From a virus (Duplodnaviria > Caudoviricetes), in IMG/VR virus record IMGVR_UViG_3300020374_001013, positions 1-24,647 of that record: a stretch of 24,647 nucleotides of DNA, one strand, 5' to 3'. The position numbers were made by a program, and so were the translations under genes. Position 1 is the first letter of the stretch. Every line of letters begins with the position of its first letter. Below, piece by piece: positions 1-7,938 of the stretch. The notes under the pieces were generated by a model that worked only from the letters and a program-made list of their open reading frames with translations, was not told the DNA's origin and did no database searches.

Positions 1-40
1 CAAAGATCCGTGGAACTGGACTGGATTCGGAGGAGGTTAA
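1..40 (+). CDS. 3' end of an upstream gene (...KDPWNWTGFGGG*), truncated by the window edge
   Basis: Open frame from position 2 to TAA at 38-40, overlapping the next ATG at 40 (TAATG coupling). Confidence 0.5.
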   Translation, partial: KDPWNWTGFGGG

Positions 41-399
41 TGGATAAGAAACTTACTATAAAACAAAGATGGCGTAAGGCCTGCACAGCAGATAACATAG
101 TTGATTTGAGTGTTGATGTTTTCTTGATTGTGTTTGATGTATTAAGTTCTCCAATACTAATTGTTATGCGAGTGGTACGTTGGTTATTGAATAAATTTGT
201 AAACCAACATGTAAAAGGCTTTATCAAAAGAATAGTGCATTGGTTTATGGACCATCGAAAGATCAGACTAGCACGAGGACAAAATATTTTTAGATACTAT
301 TGGTACCTGTGGTTATTAAGTCCTGTTATCTTGTTAGGTCTTATGCTATTTTTTGGTGTGTCTATTGGCATACTTGAAGGACTAAAAGAACTAGGATGA
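40..399 (+). CDS. Hypothetical membrane protein (start likely ATG 40 rather than GTG 10)
   Basis: GGAGGAGG at 29-36 precedes ATG 40; hydrophobic segments VDVFLIVFDVLSSPILIV and YWYLWLLSPVILLGLMLFFGVSIGIL; ATGA overlap with the cyclase. Confidence 0.7.
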   Translation: MDKKLTIKQRWRKACTADNIVDLSVDVFLIVFDVLSSPILIVMRVVRWLLNKFVNQHVKGFIKRIVHWFMDHRKIRLARGQNIFRYYWYLWLLSPVILLGLMLFFGVSIGILEGLKELG

Positions 400-2228
400 A
401 AATTTTAACTAGCAGTGTAATGGTTGTGATACTTGCAACCTTGTTGTTTGCAGGCAGATTGTTTGACGTTAGTCCTGTGGAAACATTAAGACTAAAAACT
501 TTTGATTACTATCAAAAAATATCTCCAAGAGATGTCACTACAAACTCTGTTGTTATAGTAGAAATCACGGAACAGGATCTAAAAAAATATGGACAATGGC
601 CATGGCCAAGAAATTTAATTGCTAATTTACACAACAGAATATATCAATACGGTGCTAAAGTTATTCAATACAATATAATTTTTGCTGAAAGAGACAGATC
701 AGGCAAAGATGAAAACTTTGCACAAAAATTAGCAGGCACTAATACTGTGATGATGTACAGCATAAAAGACTCTGCCACTGACGGACAAGTGGCTAAGGTT
801 CCAATTGTGAAACAAGGTGATCCTGACAAATTTTTATACAGTTTCAAAGGTGTAGTAACAAACATACCTGAATTACTAAGATTTGCCAACGGCGCTGGTG
901 TAAACATAATGATTCCCAATATTGATGGAACCATAAGACAGATTCCTTTATTTGTAAACTCTGACATAGGAACAATACCAAATCAAATTTTAGACACAAT
1001 AAGAGTGTACAATCAAAATACCAAATACAAAATTGTTGCAGACAAAAACGGTGTAAAAGAAATAATGTTAAGCAAAAATAAAAAAATTCAAACAACTGCT
1101 AATGCCATGTTTAATATTAATTTTGCCGACACAAACACTATAAAAAGTTACAGCGTCACTGATATTATAAAAAACAAAATTGATCTCAAAAACAAAATTG
1201 TTGTTGTTGGATTGAATGCCGCAGGATTAAGTTATCTAAAAGACACGCCTTTAGGACTAATGACTGACACACAGATTAGTGGCCAGGCCATCGAAACATA
1301 TCTCACAGACACACAACTCATAAGAAATGGTATTACCAATATTGTAGAAATAGTAGCCGTTTTTGTTCTAGGATTTTTGTTGATAGCCGTGATACCCAGG
1401 TTGGGTATTACCAGCACTGTGCTCGCTTATTTGACGCTTTTAACCGGTATAATATCGTCGAGTTTGGTTGCCTATAATGGTTATCATTATATGCTTGATG
1501 CTTCGTTTCCGGTGCTGTTTATTACCATCGTGTGGGGTCATTTGGTATTCAATAGTTTTGCCAAACAGTACAGATTAAGACAACAGATCAAGAAACAGTT
1601 TGAACACTATCTGGATCCTCGTATGGTTAAAAAATTACAGAAGGATCCTACATTGTTAAAGTTGGGTGGTGAAACCAAAACAATGACATTTATGTTTTCT
1701 GATATCAGAGGATTTACACCGATCAGTGAAAAATACAAAGGCAATCCTCAAGGACTCACTAGATTGATCAATAGGTTTTTGACACGTATGACCAATATCA
1801 TAATAAAAAATGGTGGCACAGTTGACAAGTTTATGGGCGACTGTATTATGGCTTTTTGGAATGCTCCATTGGAAACTCCAAGACACGAAACACTGGCAGT
1901 CAAGACTGCAATACAGATGCAGAAAGAACTTAAAAAATTAAACAGAGAATTAAAGAAAGAAAAACTTCCGCAAATCAATATCGGAATAGGAATAAACACA
2001 GGTCAAGCACTTGTTGGTAATATGGGCAGTGATCAACGTTTTGATTATTCTGTAATAGGTGATGATGTTAATCTGGCCAGCAGATTGGAAAGCAGTTCAA
2101 AAGAACTGGCCAGCACTTTGGTTGTTGGTGAAAAAACTGTTAAAAAATGCAAAGGCTACAAATTTAAATCTCTTGGCACTATAAAGGTCAAAGGTAAAAC
2201 TGAAGATATAAAAGTCTACACTATCTAG
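396..2228 (+). CDS. CHASE2-domain class III adenylate cyclase (membrane-bound)
   Basis: N-terminal TM; CHASE2 motifs VVIVEITEQDLKKYGQWPWPR and DGTIRQIPL; 3 TM helices; cyclase motifs FSDIRGFT, VDKFMGDCIMAFW, IGIGINTG, GNMGSDQRFDYSVIGDDVNLASRLE. Confidence 0.95.
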   Translation: MKILTSSVMVVILATLLFAGRLFDVSPVETLRLKTFDYYQKISPRDVTTNSVVIVEITEQDLKKYGQWPWPRNLIANLHNRIYQYGAKVIQYNIIFAERDRSGKDENFAQKLAGTNTVMMYSIKDSATDGQVAKVPIVKQGDPDKFLYSFKGVVTNIPELLRFANGAGVNIMIPNIDGTIRQIPLFVNSDIGTIPNQILDTIRVYNQNTKYKIVADKNGVKEIMLSKNKKIQTTANAMFNINFADTNTIKSYSVTDIIKNKIDLKNKIVVVGLNAAGLSYLKDTPLGLMTDTQISGQAIETYLTDTQLIRNGITNIVEIVAVFVLGFLLIAVIPRLGITSTVLAYLTLLTGIISSSLVAYNGYHYMLDASFPVLFITIVWGHLVFNSFAKQYRLRQQIKKQFEHYLDPRMVKKLQKDPTLLKLGGETKTMTFMFSDIRGFTPISEKYKGNPQGLTRLINRFLTRMTNIIIKNGGTVDKFMGDCIMAFWNAPLETPRHETLAVKTAIQMQKELKKLNRELKKEKLPQINIGIGINTGQALVGNMGSDQRFDYSVIGDDVNLASRLESSSKELASTLVVGEKTVKKCKGYKFKSLGTIKVKGKTEDIKVYTI

Positions 2229-2232
2229 TGGT

Positions 2233-2238
2233 TAAATA
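2233..2238 (+). promoter_or_regulatory. Putative T4-like late promoter core (TAAATA)
   Basis: TAAATA in the short intergenic gap, 8 nt before ATG 2247; the same box recurs before many genes. Confidence 0.5.
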
Positions 2239-2246
2239 CGTACATA

Positions 2247-2528
2247 ATGGAAAACTTTTTTAAATTAGTTGCAGAACTAGGACTGCCAATAGCAGGCACA
2301 ATTGGTCTTGGTGCATTTATAATGGTTATTATAAAGTACATCTTGGGATCTGTTGTGAGTTCAATAAAATTCATTGAAACTGTTATCACACAATTGGATA
2401 ACAGAGTCAAAACAATGAACAACGACATTTTAAAATTAGACCAAGAAGTATCTGAACAATTAGGCCTGCCTGTTGATACCAGCAGAGTGGCTCGAGCAGA
2501 TGGCAAAAAAGACGCAAGGAAAGACTAG
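2247..2528 (+). CDS. Small membrane protein, single TM plus coiled coil (paralog of next gene)
   Basis: ELGLPIAGTIGLGAFIMVIIKYIL TM followed by LDNRVKTMNNDILKL. Confidence 0.8.
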   Translation: MENFFKLVAELGLPIAGTIGLGAFIMVIIKYILGSVVSSIKFIETVITQLDNRVKTMNNDILKLDQEVSEQLGLPVDTSRVARADGKKDARKD

Positions 2529-2768
2529 ATGGATATAGTAACACTTATAAGCGATTATGGTTTTCCAATTGTGGCAGTTTTCTTTCTTGCCTATTTTATT
2601 TGGTATCTTTACAATTACATTGTCAAAGAAATAAAACCCAAACTGGGTTCTACTTCCACCACACTGATTGCTCTCATTGATCGTGTGCGGATGTTGGACA
2701 ACGATTTGATTCGACTGAAAACAAAAGTTGAAACAGCGTCCAAGGTTCATCCCAAAAACAAAAAATAG
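2529..2768 (+). CDS. Small membrane protein, single TM plus coiled coil (paralog of previous gene)
   Basis: DYGFPIVAVFFLAYFIWYLYNYIV TM followed by LIDRVRMLDNDLIRL; starts directly after the previous stop. Confidence 0.8.
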   Translation: MDIVTLISDYGFPIVAVFFLAYFIWYLYNYIVKEIKPKLGSTSTTLIALIDRVRMLDNDLIRLKTKVETASKVHPKNKK

Positions 2769-2806
2769 TCGCTTTACTTTCACTCAAAACAGGTTAAGTA
2801 TTTTAG

Positions 2807-3073
2807 ATGAATTATTTTTTGGTAGTTATAATATGTATAGGAATGGATTGCTCCACAGCATGGAACCCAACTCCTTACGAATCACAATTTGAGTGTGAGA
2901 TAAGTGCCAATGAAACCGTGCAAGAACTTTCATCAACTTTTCCAGATAGTGACGGAGAAGTTTACTGTCTTACCAAAGACGAATACAACACTTGGAAACA
3001 AGCAATTGATTCTGGCGTAATACCAAGACTTAACAAGCACAGACTTAATCAAACACCAGAACAGTCTATCTAG
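2807..3073 (+). CDS. Hypothetical small Cys-containing, possibly exported protein
   Basis: Hydrophobic N-terminus, four Cys; TAAGTA box at 2795-2800. Confidence 0.65.
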   Translation: MNYFLVVIICIGMDCSTAWNPTPYESQFECEISANETVQELSSTFPDSDGEVYCLTKDEYNTWKQAIDSGVIPRLNKHRLNQTPEQSI

Positions 3074-3076
3074 TAA

Positions 3077-3104
3077 TTGACAATTTAGCAATATCTGTTA
3101 TAAT
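3077..3104 (+). promoter_or_regulatory. Sigma70-type promoter, probably giving a leaderless mRNA
   Basis: TTGACA(3077)-N16-TATAAT(3099) with extended TG; ATG at 3111. Confidence 0.75.
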
Positions 3105-3110
3105 TTTAGT

Positions 3111-3422
3111 ATGGCTTCAAAACGTTCTAGAACTGCGGTCAAAACACTGACTTGGCGTGTGTTGGCAACCACCGATACATTTCTTATCAGTTATTTTATT
3201 ACTGGTAGATTTGATTTTGCCGGTGCCATTGCTGGAATAGAAGTAGCAACCAAAATGATACTGTATTATCTACACGAAAGAGCCTGGAGCAAAATAAAAT
3301 GGGGCAAACTGTATATAGATTTGCCTACGTCTCCATATCCATACGAGGATTGGAAAATTAAACGTCTAAGAAAATACTTGGACAAAAAAGGAAACAAAAG
3401 ATTGGCAAGGTTATTATCATGA
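3111..3422 (+). CDS. DUF2061-family membrane protein
   Basis: KTLTWRVLATTDTFLISYFITG...KMILYYLHERAWSKI signature. Confidence 0.85.
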   Translation: MASKRSRTAVKTLTWRVLATTDTFLISYFITGRFDFAGAIAGIEVATKMILYYLHERAWSKIKWGKLYIDLPTSPYPYEDWKIKRLRKYLDKKGNKRLARLLS

Positions 3423-3589
3423 CAAGATGTTGGGAATTTGAATTAGATCTTAAATCAAGAAAAATTAAAACGTTTGTGTACAGTGACACAGGCACTGACA
3501 TAGAACAAAGATTTACAAAAGAATATAAAGTGTCTAATATAAAAGAAATTGACGATCCACTGGAACAAAATAAAAAGGTCAAAAAATGA
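3419..3589 (+). CDS. Hypothetical 56-aa protein (MTRCWEFELDLKSRKIKTFVY...), absent from the ORF track
   Basis: Fills the gap exactly, with ATGA overlaps at both ends (3419-3422 and 3586-3589). Confidence 0.75.
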   Translation: MTRCWEFELDLKSRKIKTFVYSDTGTDIEQRFTKEYKVSNIKEIDDPLEQNKKVKK

Positions 3590-4113
3590 TTCATGCAATG
3601 ATAGATCTTGAAACACTCAGCACCAATCCTAATGCTGTTGTGTTGACTGTTGGTGCAGTAAAATTTGATCCGCACACACAAATGAAACTCTATGACGAAA
3701 TGTATTTTCGAGTTGATGTTGATTCACAGACTGCTTTGGGCAGACATGTGATGCAAGAAACACTAGATTGGTGGGGACAACAACCTAACGAAGTGGCCAA
3801 CGAAGCACTATCTGACAGTAATAGAATACAATTACAAGACGTATTGAAAAACATTAACAAATTTAGTGTAGGTGTTGATGTGTTCTGGTGTCAAGGACCT
3901 TTATTTGATTATGCAATCTTACAAAACCTGTATACGCAAATGGAACAACCTGTGCCATGGCAGTATTGGCAAATTAGAGATTCAAGAACTTTGTTTAATC
4001 TAGTGCCAAGAGAATCAGAAAAAAGAATTGGACTGCACAATGCACTGGAAGACTGCAAGTTTCAAGCAAGAAAAGTACAAAAAGTATACAGGCAACTGGG
4101 CATTAAGGTATGA
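3586..4113 (+). CDS. DEDDh 3'-5' exonuclease (DnaQ-like, RNase AS/ExoVIII-type phage family)
   Basis: MIDLETL (ExoI), QGPLFDYAIL (ExoII), RDSRTL, HNALEDC (ExoIII). Confidence 0.9.
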   Translation: MIHAMIDLETLSTNPNAVVLTVGAVKFDPHTQMKLYDEMYFRVDVDSQTALGRHVMQETLDWWGQQPNEVANEALSDSNRIQLQDVLKNINKFSVGVDVFWCQGPLFDYAILQNLYTQMEQPVPWQYWQIRDSRTLFNLVPRESEKRIGLHNALEDCKFQARKVQKVYRQLGIKV

Positions 4114-4469
4114 ACAAAATAAAGTATTACAGTATTCAAGATTTATACTCAATTGAAAACTATAAAATTCGCCACAAAAAAGATCCTGTAACCAAATGGA
4201 TTAAGTTGCCTTGTGTCTACAAAATAAAGATTGATGACACTGTGGTACATGTTGGAAGATCAGACACTTGTAAAAAACATGGAGGAGCAGAAAAAGTAAG
4301 AAAAGCAATTGTGAATCTTTTAAATGTAAATTCTGTTAATCCTAGTGTGCCAACAACCAAATACTGGACAGCAATAAGAATGAAACACAAACCAAACTCT
4401 AACAACATAAAGATAGGAATAATCAAAACAAATGCAATCAATAAAATCTACACACAAGAAGCCATTTGA
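4110..4469 (+). CDS. Hypothetical basic protein, possible degenerate GIY-YIG domain
   Basis: CVYKIKIDDTVVHVGRS resembles GIY-x(n)-YIG; ATGA overlap with the exonuclease. Confidence 0.55.
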   Translation: MNKIKYYSIQDLYSIENYKIRHKKDPVTKWIKLPCVYKIKIDDTVVHVGRSDTCKKHGGAEKVRKAIVNLLNVNSVNPSVPTTKYWTAIRMKHKPNSNNIKIGIIKTNAINKIYTQEAI

Positions 4470-4839
4470 AAAAATAAACACATACGAAGAATGCACCTGG
4501 CTTGGCAATGACACACCAATATATGAAAGTGAAGTGTGTGCAATATTCAAAGACAGATATCCTGTCACAAAAGGACATTTATTATTTGTGCCCAAAAGCA
4601 ATGACACAGAAACAATTGGTGAAACATATAAACTGGCCTACGAACATGGTCAGGAAGGCATTGCTGAAGGCAAATGGACCGGATACAATCTTGGACAAAA
4701 CTTAGGAAGATCAGCAGGTCAAAGTATTTTTTGGCCGCACATTCATTTAATTCCAAGACACGATGGTGATAGTGATCCAGAAAAACACAACGGTGTAAGA
4801 CTTGCTCATCCGGGTGGCGATCACACTAACTACTATTAA
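4432..4839 (+). CDS. HIT-family nucleotide hydrolase
   Basis: DRYPVTKGHLLFVPK, NLGRSAGQSIFWPHIHLIPR (histidine-triad region). Confidence 0.9.
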   Translation: MQSIKSTHKKPFEKINTYEECTWLGNDTPIYESEVCAIFKDRYPVTKGHLLFVPKSNDTETIGETYKLAYEHGQEGIAEGKWTGYNLGQNLGRSAGQSIFWPHIHLIPRHDGDSDPEKHNGVRLAHPGGDHTNYY

Positions 4840-5117
4840 TGCCCAAAAGAAAAAAGAAATTAAAAAAACCTCGTTTGTACAGCGAAGGAAAAATGTATGT
4901 TAGTCCTGATGGCGGAGAAACTGTTTATGAACAAAAAAGAGATGGCACAAGAGGTCCATTGATATCACAAAGTGAATTGGCCAAAGATGTAGAAATGGCA
5001 CAGGAAGAAATTGAAATGCACGGAGTTTATGCAATTCAAATGAGAAAAAAATATCCTGCCTTAAAGAAAGCCTGGGACAAATATAAACTTATCTGGAGTA
5101 TGGTTCACAATGACTAA
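4839..5117 (+). CDS. Hypothetical phage protein
   Basis: TAATG overlap; YVSPDGGETVY motif; C-terminal PALKKAWDKY helix. Confidence 0.75.
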   Translation: MPKRKKKLKKPRLYSEGKMYVSPDGGETVYEQKRDGTRGPLISQSELAKDVEMAQEEIEMHGVYAIQMRKKYPALKKAWDKYKLIWSMVHND

Positions 5118-5745
5118 ATTTGTAACAATTATAGGCAACGGCAAAAGTAGACTGGGGTTTGATATCACACCAATGAAAAAATTCAGCACTGTTATTGGTT
5201 GCAATGCACAGTTTAGAGATTACAATTTTGATTACTTTGTTTGTGCTGACAAACATATGTGTCAAGAAGCAGTAAACACAGTTGGCAAAAACACAAATAT
5301 CTATACCAGAGACAGATGGCACAAAGAGTTTGCCATGTGGCCAAATGTAAAAAAATTACCTGACTTACCATACAATGGTAACAAAAGACAAGACGAACCG
5401 TTTCATTGGGGCACAGGCCCATATGCTGGAGTGTTAGCAGGCACATTTAAACCCAAGGCTATTTTTATGATTGGATTTGACCTATGGCAGTTGCCAGGAC
5501 AAAAAGAAGACAATAACATTTATCGTAATTCCAAAGGTTATGAATACATCAAGAGACCTGTAGATCCAAGTTATTGGATACATCAGTTTGCAAAACTTTT
5601 TGAACACATTGACTCCAGATGGATTGTGGTAAACAGACCTGATTGGAAGATGCCAGATGAATGGAGCAAAAACAAAAATGTTTTTCAAGAGACCTATGAT
5701 GGTATGGCAAAATTTATAGATAAACAGTTGACAAAATCTAAATAA
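5110..5745 (+). CDS. Rossmann-like putative transferase (Maf/MptE or sialyltransferase-like fold); paralog of 12258-13025
   Basis: IIGNGKSR, IGCNAQFRDY, WGTGPYA, IFMIGFDL, NNIYRNS motifs; function is inference. Confidence 0.6.
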   Translation: MTKFVTIIGNGKSRLGFDITPMKKFSTVIGCNAQFRDYNFDYFVCADKHMCQEAVNTVGKNTNIYTRDRWHKEFAMWPNVKKLPDLPYNGNKRQDEPFHWGTGPYAGVLAGTFKPKAIFMIGFDLWQLPGQKEDNNIYRNSKGYEYIKRPVDPSYWIHQFAKLFEHIDSRWIVVNRPDWKMPDEWSKNKNVFQETYDGMAKFIDKQLTKSK

Positions 5746-5755
5746 CTGTTATAGT
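5728..5755 (+). promoter_or_regulatory. Sigma70-type promoter, probably leaderless
   Basis: TTGACA(5728)-N16-TATAGT(5750) with extended TG; ATG at 5762. Confidence 0.7.
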
Positions 5756-5761
5756 TACACT

Positions 5762-6067
5762 ATGTTTGACAAAATAAAAGAAAATGATGTTATTGCACTA
5801 AAATTTTCCACAGGAGAAGAAGTGTTGGCTACATTTAAAAAAGCAGATGAGCAGTCAATTTCAATCATGAAAGGTCTTGTTTTGATGCAAGGTCCACAAG
5901 GTATTGCACTTGGTACTTTTTTTAGTACTGCTGATCCTGAAAAAGAAATTTCTTTAAATAAAAATTTAATCCTAAGTGCGGCTGAATTGAATCCTAAATT
6001 AAGAGATCAATATAGTAATGTGTTTAGCAAAATTAAGACACAACCTAAGCCTAGCATAATCACATGA
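5762..6067 (+). CDS. Hypothetical phage protein, probable Sm/LSm-like beta-barrel
   Basis: IALKFSTGEEVLA pattern typical of small Sm-like proteins of T4-like phages. Confidence 0.6.
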   Translation: MFDKIKENDVIALKFSTGEEVLATFKKADEQSISIMKGLVLMQGPQGIALGTFFSTADPEKEISLNKNLILSAAELNPKLRDQYSNVFSKIKTQPKPSIIT

Positions 6068-6312
6068 AGTCAAAACACAAAAAAGCAATTATGTGCTTGG
6101 TAGAATCCACTGAAGCACTTTTAAATGTGTTTGAAAAACACAAAATAGACCCTGATACAATTTCCAACAAACCACAATTCAAAGTTTTGGTTCATTTGAT
6201 AAAAACTATAATAGATGGTGAAACTGGTTTACCAAATGAACTCAACGATCGTTTAAACAAACTCACAGACGATTTAGGTCTTGACAATGAGTCGGGTCAT
6301 ACAGTACACTAA
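6064..6312 (+). CDS. Hypothetical protein
   Basis: ATGA overlap with the previous gene; 82 aa. Confidence 0.7.
   Translation: MKSKHKKAIMCLVESTEALLNVFEKHKIDPDTISNKPQFKVLVHLIKTIIDGETGLPNELNDRLNKLTDDLGLDNESGHTVH
6281..6310 (+). promoter_or_regulatory. Sigma70-type promoter for queD
   Basis: TTGACA(6281)-N18-TACACT(6305); predicted start site near 6316-6317. Confidence 0.6.
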
Positions 6313-6316
6313 CACT

Positions 6317-6361
6317 AGAGGACTTCAAGACAATCATCCCTCTTTAAACATTCTGCTTGTC
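6317..6361 (+). ncRNA. Candidate cis-regulatory H-type pseudoknot (preQ1-I riboswitch-like) in the queD leader
   Basis: P1 AGAGG(6317-21)/CCTCT(6339-43); P2 GACAA(6329-33)/TTGTC(6357-61); SD AAGGAG at 6366-71. Confidence 0.55.
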
Positions 6362-6377
6362 ATCAAAGGAGAAAACG

Positions 6378-6821
6378 ATGGCATACTATTCGACTAAAAC
6401 ATACGACCACAACGAAGGATTAAGTTGTGCTTTCCGACAATGGAGAGCGGATCATTCGCACTGTCGTTGGGTACACGGATATGCTCTAGCAGTTACATTT
6501 ACATTTGGTGCTCACAAACTGGATGATAGAAACTGGGTGCAAGACTTTGGAGGACTTAAAGACATCAAACAATGGTTAAAAGAAATGTTTGATCATACTT
6601 TATGTATTGCTGAAGATGATCCTGCACTGGATCAATTCAAAGAACTACATGCAAAAGACTTGTGTGATTTGAGAATTGTTCCTGCTGTTGGCTGTGAAAA
6701 ATTTGCAGAACTGATTTATAATCATGTAAGTAAGATTGTAAACAATGACAGAATCTGGTTAGAATCTGTTGAGGTGAAAGAACACAGCGGCAATGGAGCA
6801 GTATTTAAAAGACCAAATTAA
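6378..6821 (+). CDS. queD: QueD/PTPS-family 6-carboxytetrahydropterin synthase, variant active site (start ATG 6378)
   Basis: HCRWVHGY, WVQDFGGLKDIKQWLKEMFDH, GCEKFAELIY, VEVKEH; AAGGAG before ATG 6378. Confidence 0.85.
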   Translation: MAYYSTKTYDHNEGLSCAFRQWRADHSHCRWVHGYALAVTFTFGAHKLDDRNWVQDFGGLKDIKQWLKEMFDHTLCIAEDDPALDQFKELHAKDLCDLRIVPAVGCEKFAELIYNHVSKIVNNDRIWLESVEVKEHSGNGAVFKRPN

Positions 6822-7938
6822 AATTAAACTTACAGGTCAAAAACAACTAGAATATACTATAAACCTGTATGACAATCCTTTTGTGAAAAGATGGGTTGAA
6901 TCGTTTAAACAGATCTTAAAAAGTAATTTAATATTAGAAAAAAATTACTGCTTCATAGGTTTTGCTGATTCTAATCGAGACTTGAATTTTCTTTGCAAAG
7001 AGTTAAACGAAGTTGTTGATCAAATAAACAAGTTTAACAGCACAGGTGTTTGGGAAAAGAATGGTTTGCCATCTTATCCTATCACAAGAAGTTTTGAGCC
7101 TGATGATTTTATGTTTCCTGACACACTGCCCATAGGAAAGGCAGTGAACGGTGATGCAATGAAAACTCCAGGTTGTAGACTAAAACACGAAGCCTGTAAT
7201 GAACTACACCGATATTTTGAAGACTTACAAGGTCAAGCATGGAACCTTTCAAAATATTTTTATGCGGCAGACAATGAAACAAAGTATGCTATTAGACAAT
7301 TGAACAACATCTGTCATGAAATAGAAGGTTGGGTAAATGCTTACAGAAAAAGTAAATTTGAGCCACAATGGATTAGACCTTCGCAAATTACAACTTTTTT
7401 ACATGCACCAAGACTGCCTTTGGAAGAAAGCGATTACGAACTTTTTATGAAAAATCGTTTTGACAGAGACCTAGGTGGAGTGTATCTACATTGGTCACAG
7501 GTGGGCAAAACACTTTTTGAAGTATGGAGAGATCATGATGAAGCAGTTGGCGAAGGTGGAATAAATCATCAACAGTTGTATTCCGGAGAGTTTGATATCG
7601 AATGGGGTGCTACTATAACAGATGAAAGTGCTTTTAAACAAAAAGAACTTGTTGAATTTCAAAATTGGTTAAAGAAAAATAACTTTGACTGGAATGATCC
7701 AAAACTTGCTCTGGGTTATATCAAACTAGGACAGGTAGACTTGCATAAATCCTTTGGTACTTCTGACTTTCAACAGGTTTACAAACAAATGATAGATTGT
7801 TTAAATATTCAAAGTATTGAATATGTTGGCAACGAAAATATTAAAACTGAATATAATTACACTTTGTCACAACCGGATTGGAAAGATCTACAATTAAGAG
7901 AGTTAAAAAAAGGATATGAATCATATAGTATGCGTTAA
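6793..7938 (+). CDS. Hypothetical protein (381 aa)
   Basis: Long ORF overlapping both neighbours; motifs NELHRYFE, LNNICHEIE, YLHWSQVGKT; no family recognised. Confidence 0.8.
   Translation: MEQYLKDQIKIKLTGQKQLEYTINLYDNPFVKRWVESFKQILKSNLILEKNYCFIGFADSNRDLNFLCKELNEVVDQINKFNSTGVWEKNGLPSYPITRSFEPDDFMFPDTLPIGKAVNGDAMKTPGCRLKHEACNELHRYFEDLQGQAWNLSKYFYAADNETKYAIRQLNNICHEIEGWVNAYRKSKFEPQWIRPSQITTFLHAPRLPLEESDYELFMKNRFDRDLGGVYLHWSQVGKTLFEVWRDHDEAVGEGGINHQQLYSGEFDIEWGATITDESAFKQKELVEFQNWLKKNNFDWNDPKLALGYIKLGQVDLHKSFGTSDFQQVYKQMIDCLNIQSIEYVGNENIKTEYNYTLSQPDWKDLQLRELKKGYESYSMR

Noticed and set aside
665-2783. Short minus-strand ORFs opposite the cyclase and the small membrane genes
   Set aside because: They overlap well-supported + strand genes and show no recognisable features
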